Assembly (NCBI GenBank): GCA_043228905.1
Contig: JBHGNT010000010.1
Coordinates: 992,001-1,056,000 of the forward strand
From: Azolla caroliniana
Lineage: Eukaryota > Plantae > Polypodiophyta
DNA length: 64,000 nucleotides
Reading direction: 5' to 3'
The notes under the pieces were generated by a model. That model saw only the letters and a list, made by a program, of their open reading frames with translations. It ran no database searches and was not told the DNA's origin. Every line of letters starts with the position of its first letter. The stretch's first letter is position 1. Positions 62,904 through 64,000 of the stretch are shown here, in pieces. A program made the position numbers and the translations under genes.

Positions 62904-63298
62904 GCGGCAAGCTCAACCGGAGCCGGATCGGCTGAATAAGCCGGAGCCGGTAAGCGAGACGGATCGGGCGAAACGGATCGGTATGACGGTGAGCAACCGA
63001 ACCGGCAAGCAGTGGAGGCCAGGTGCAATCCGTAACCGGCAGTCCAATCGGAAGCCTAGAATAGGATAGACTACTAGGTATCTATAGTCTCGTAGTAAGT
63101 GTCAGATGCTCGTGTGAGCATTGAAGTACATGGTACTTCTGTCAGTCCCAAGAGGACTTGTATAAATAGTGCTACTTAGCACAGTGTGTAAACACAGAGT
63201 CTTGATATAATTTTGAAATTGCGTTCTGCTCTCTCTATCTCTCTCTCTCTCTCTCTGTTGTTCTCTGTTTTACGCTTCCGCAAACACTTACGTTTACA
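62898..63298 (+). repeat. 3' LTR of Copia A
   Basis: Preceded by PPT GAGGGGGAG and followed by TSD CCTCC. Confidence 0.95.
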
Positions 63299-64000
63299 CC
63301 TCCTTTTCATATAACAACAGTTGTCCCTCTAGAATGCCCCACCTAACCGCGCCCCAAGTAATCACACAATTAGCATGTATCAATATCAACAACCTTAATA
63401 CTCTCTGCCAAACTTGCATAATTTTAGGACAAGACCACAATACATGCTTAATTGATTCCAGCATACATCCACAACCAAATCCACACGACTTACTATTTAG
63501 TTGTCGTAACCAAGCCCGAACCGGAAGTGCATAATGGATCAATAACCTGCGAAAAAGGACAATCTTCCTAGGAATCTACAAACTCCATAATGACTTCCAA
63601 TATTTAGATGCATTCATTACAGAGGCCCCATTCACCAATCACACATTCATAGCGGATGGTGAATGCAATTTCCTACTTAAGAGTAGCTTTCGTCCCAACT
63701 TCACAGAATATTGAAAGAATTGAATAATTTTAGTATGAGACGAAGGATTTGTATGTTTTCAAAGATAATCCGATGGATCCCAATGCAAGTCAAACAACGA
63801 CTTTTTTTTTAACCCATAGTTGGCAAAATAACATACTATCAGAAGGAGAAGGATCTAAAATCCACTTTTTACCAAATTTACCAATCCCTCTCACTAAATG
63901 TTGCAATGTCGTTTGCCAAATTGATGATTCCACACCAATTTGCCCTAATCTTCCTTCCTCAGATACATCAAAATAGTAACAGTCATTACTCTGCCTGCTA
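63299..64000 (-). mobile_element. L1-like LINE ORF2 C-terminal region (target of Copia A), continuing off the window
   Basis: zf-RVT-like IHYALPVRAW...CGFGCGCMLESIKHVLWSCPKIMQVWQRV, with stops. Confidence 0.8.

Larger units (their letters stand above)
47380..63298 (+). mobile_element. Ty1/copia LTR retrotransposon A (full-length, pseudogenised, hosting two nested insertions)
   Basis: LTRs 47380-47784 and 62898-63298 (TG...CA; 7 substitutions plus a CT-run length change). TSD CCTCC at 47375-47379 and 63299-63303. tRNA-Met PBS TGGTATCAGAGC at 47785-47796; PPT 62889-62897. Domain order is gag (CCHC knuckle), PR, IN, RT (YVDD), RH (ADIFTK). Stops at 49139, 50544 and 56841, frameshift near 49510, and the PR catalytic D is changed to V. 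Confidence 0.97.

Overview
Eukaryotic land-plant nuclear DNA. The long PLS-class PPR genes and the repeat content suggest a fern or other seed-free vascular plant (inference only). Five host genes are supported: two tandem intronless PLS-E PPR genes (minus strand, the first truncated by the window edge), a DREB A-4/TINY-like AP2/ERF gene with an unusual chained-uORF leader, a small serine-rich CxCxPTTHxGSFRCRLHR protein, and a 16-exon malonyl-CoA synthetase (AAE13) with a U12-type intron and a duplicated dead first coding exon. Intergenic DNA holds at least eight 5'-truncated non-LTR (LINE-like) insertions, most with clear target-site duplications (TSDs) and a shared 3'-terminal motif, plus a decayed Copia and many local tandem duplications. 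The last 17 kb is a nest: an old LINE is interrupted by Ty1/copia element A (47380-63298). A in turn carries two copies of a second Copia family, B1 (+, 50726-56303) and B2 (-, 57629-62051), inserted tail-to-tail to form a multi-kb inverted repeat. A's pol frame continues about 240 codons past the usual RNase H end, between two identical PPT 12-mers. All coordinates and counts were read by eye.
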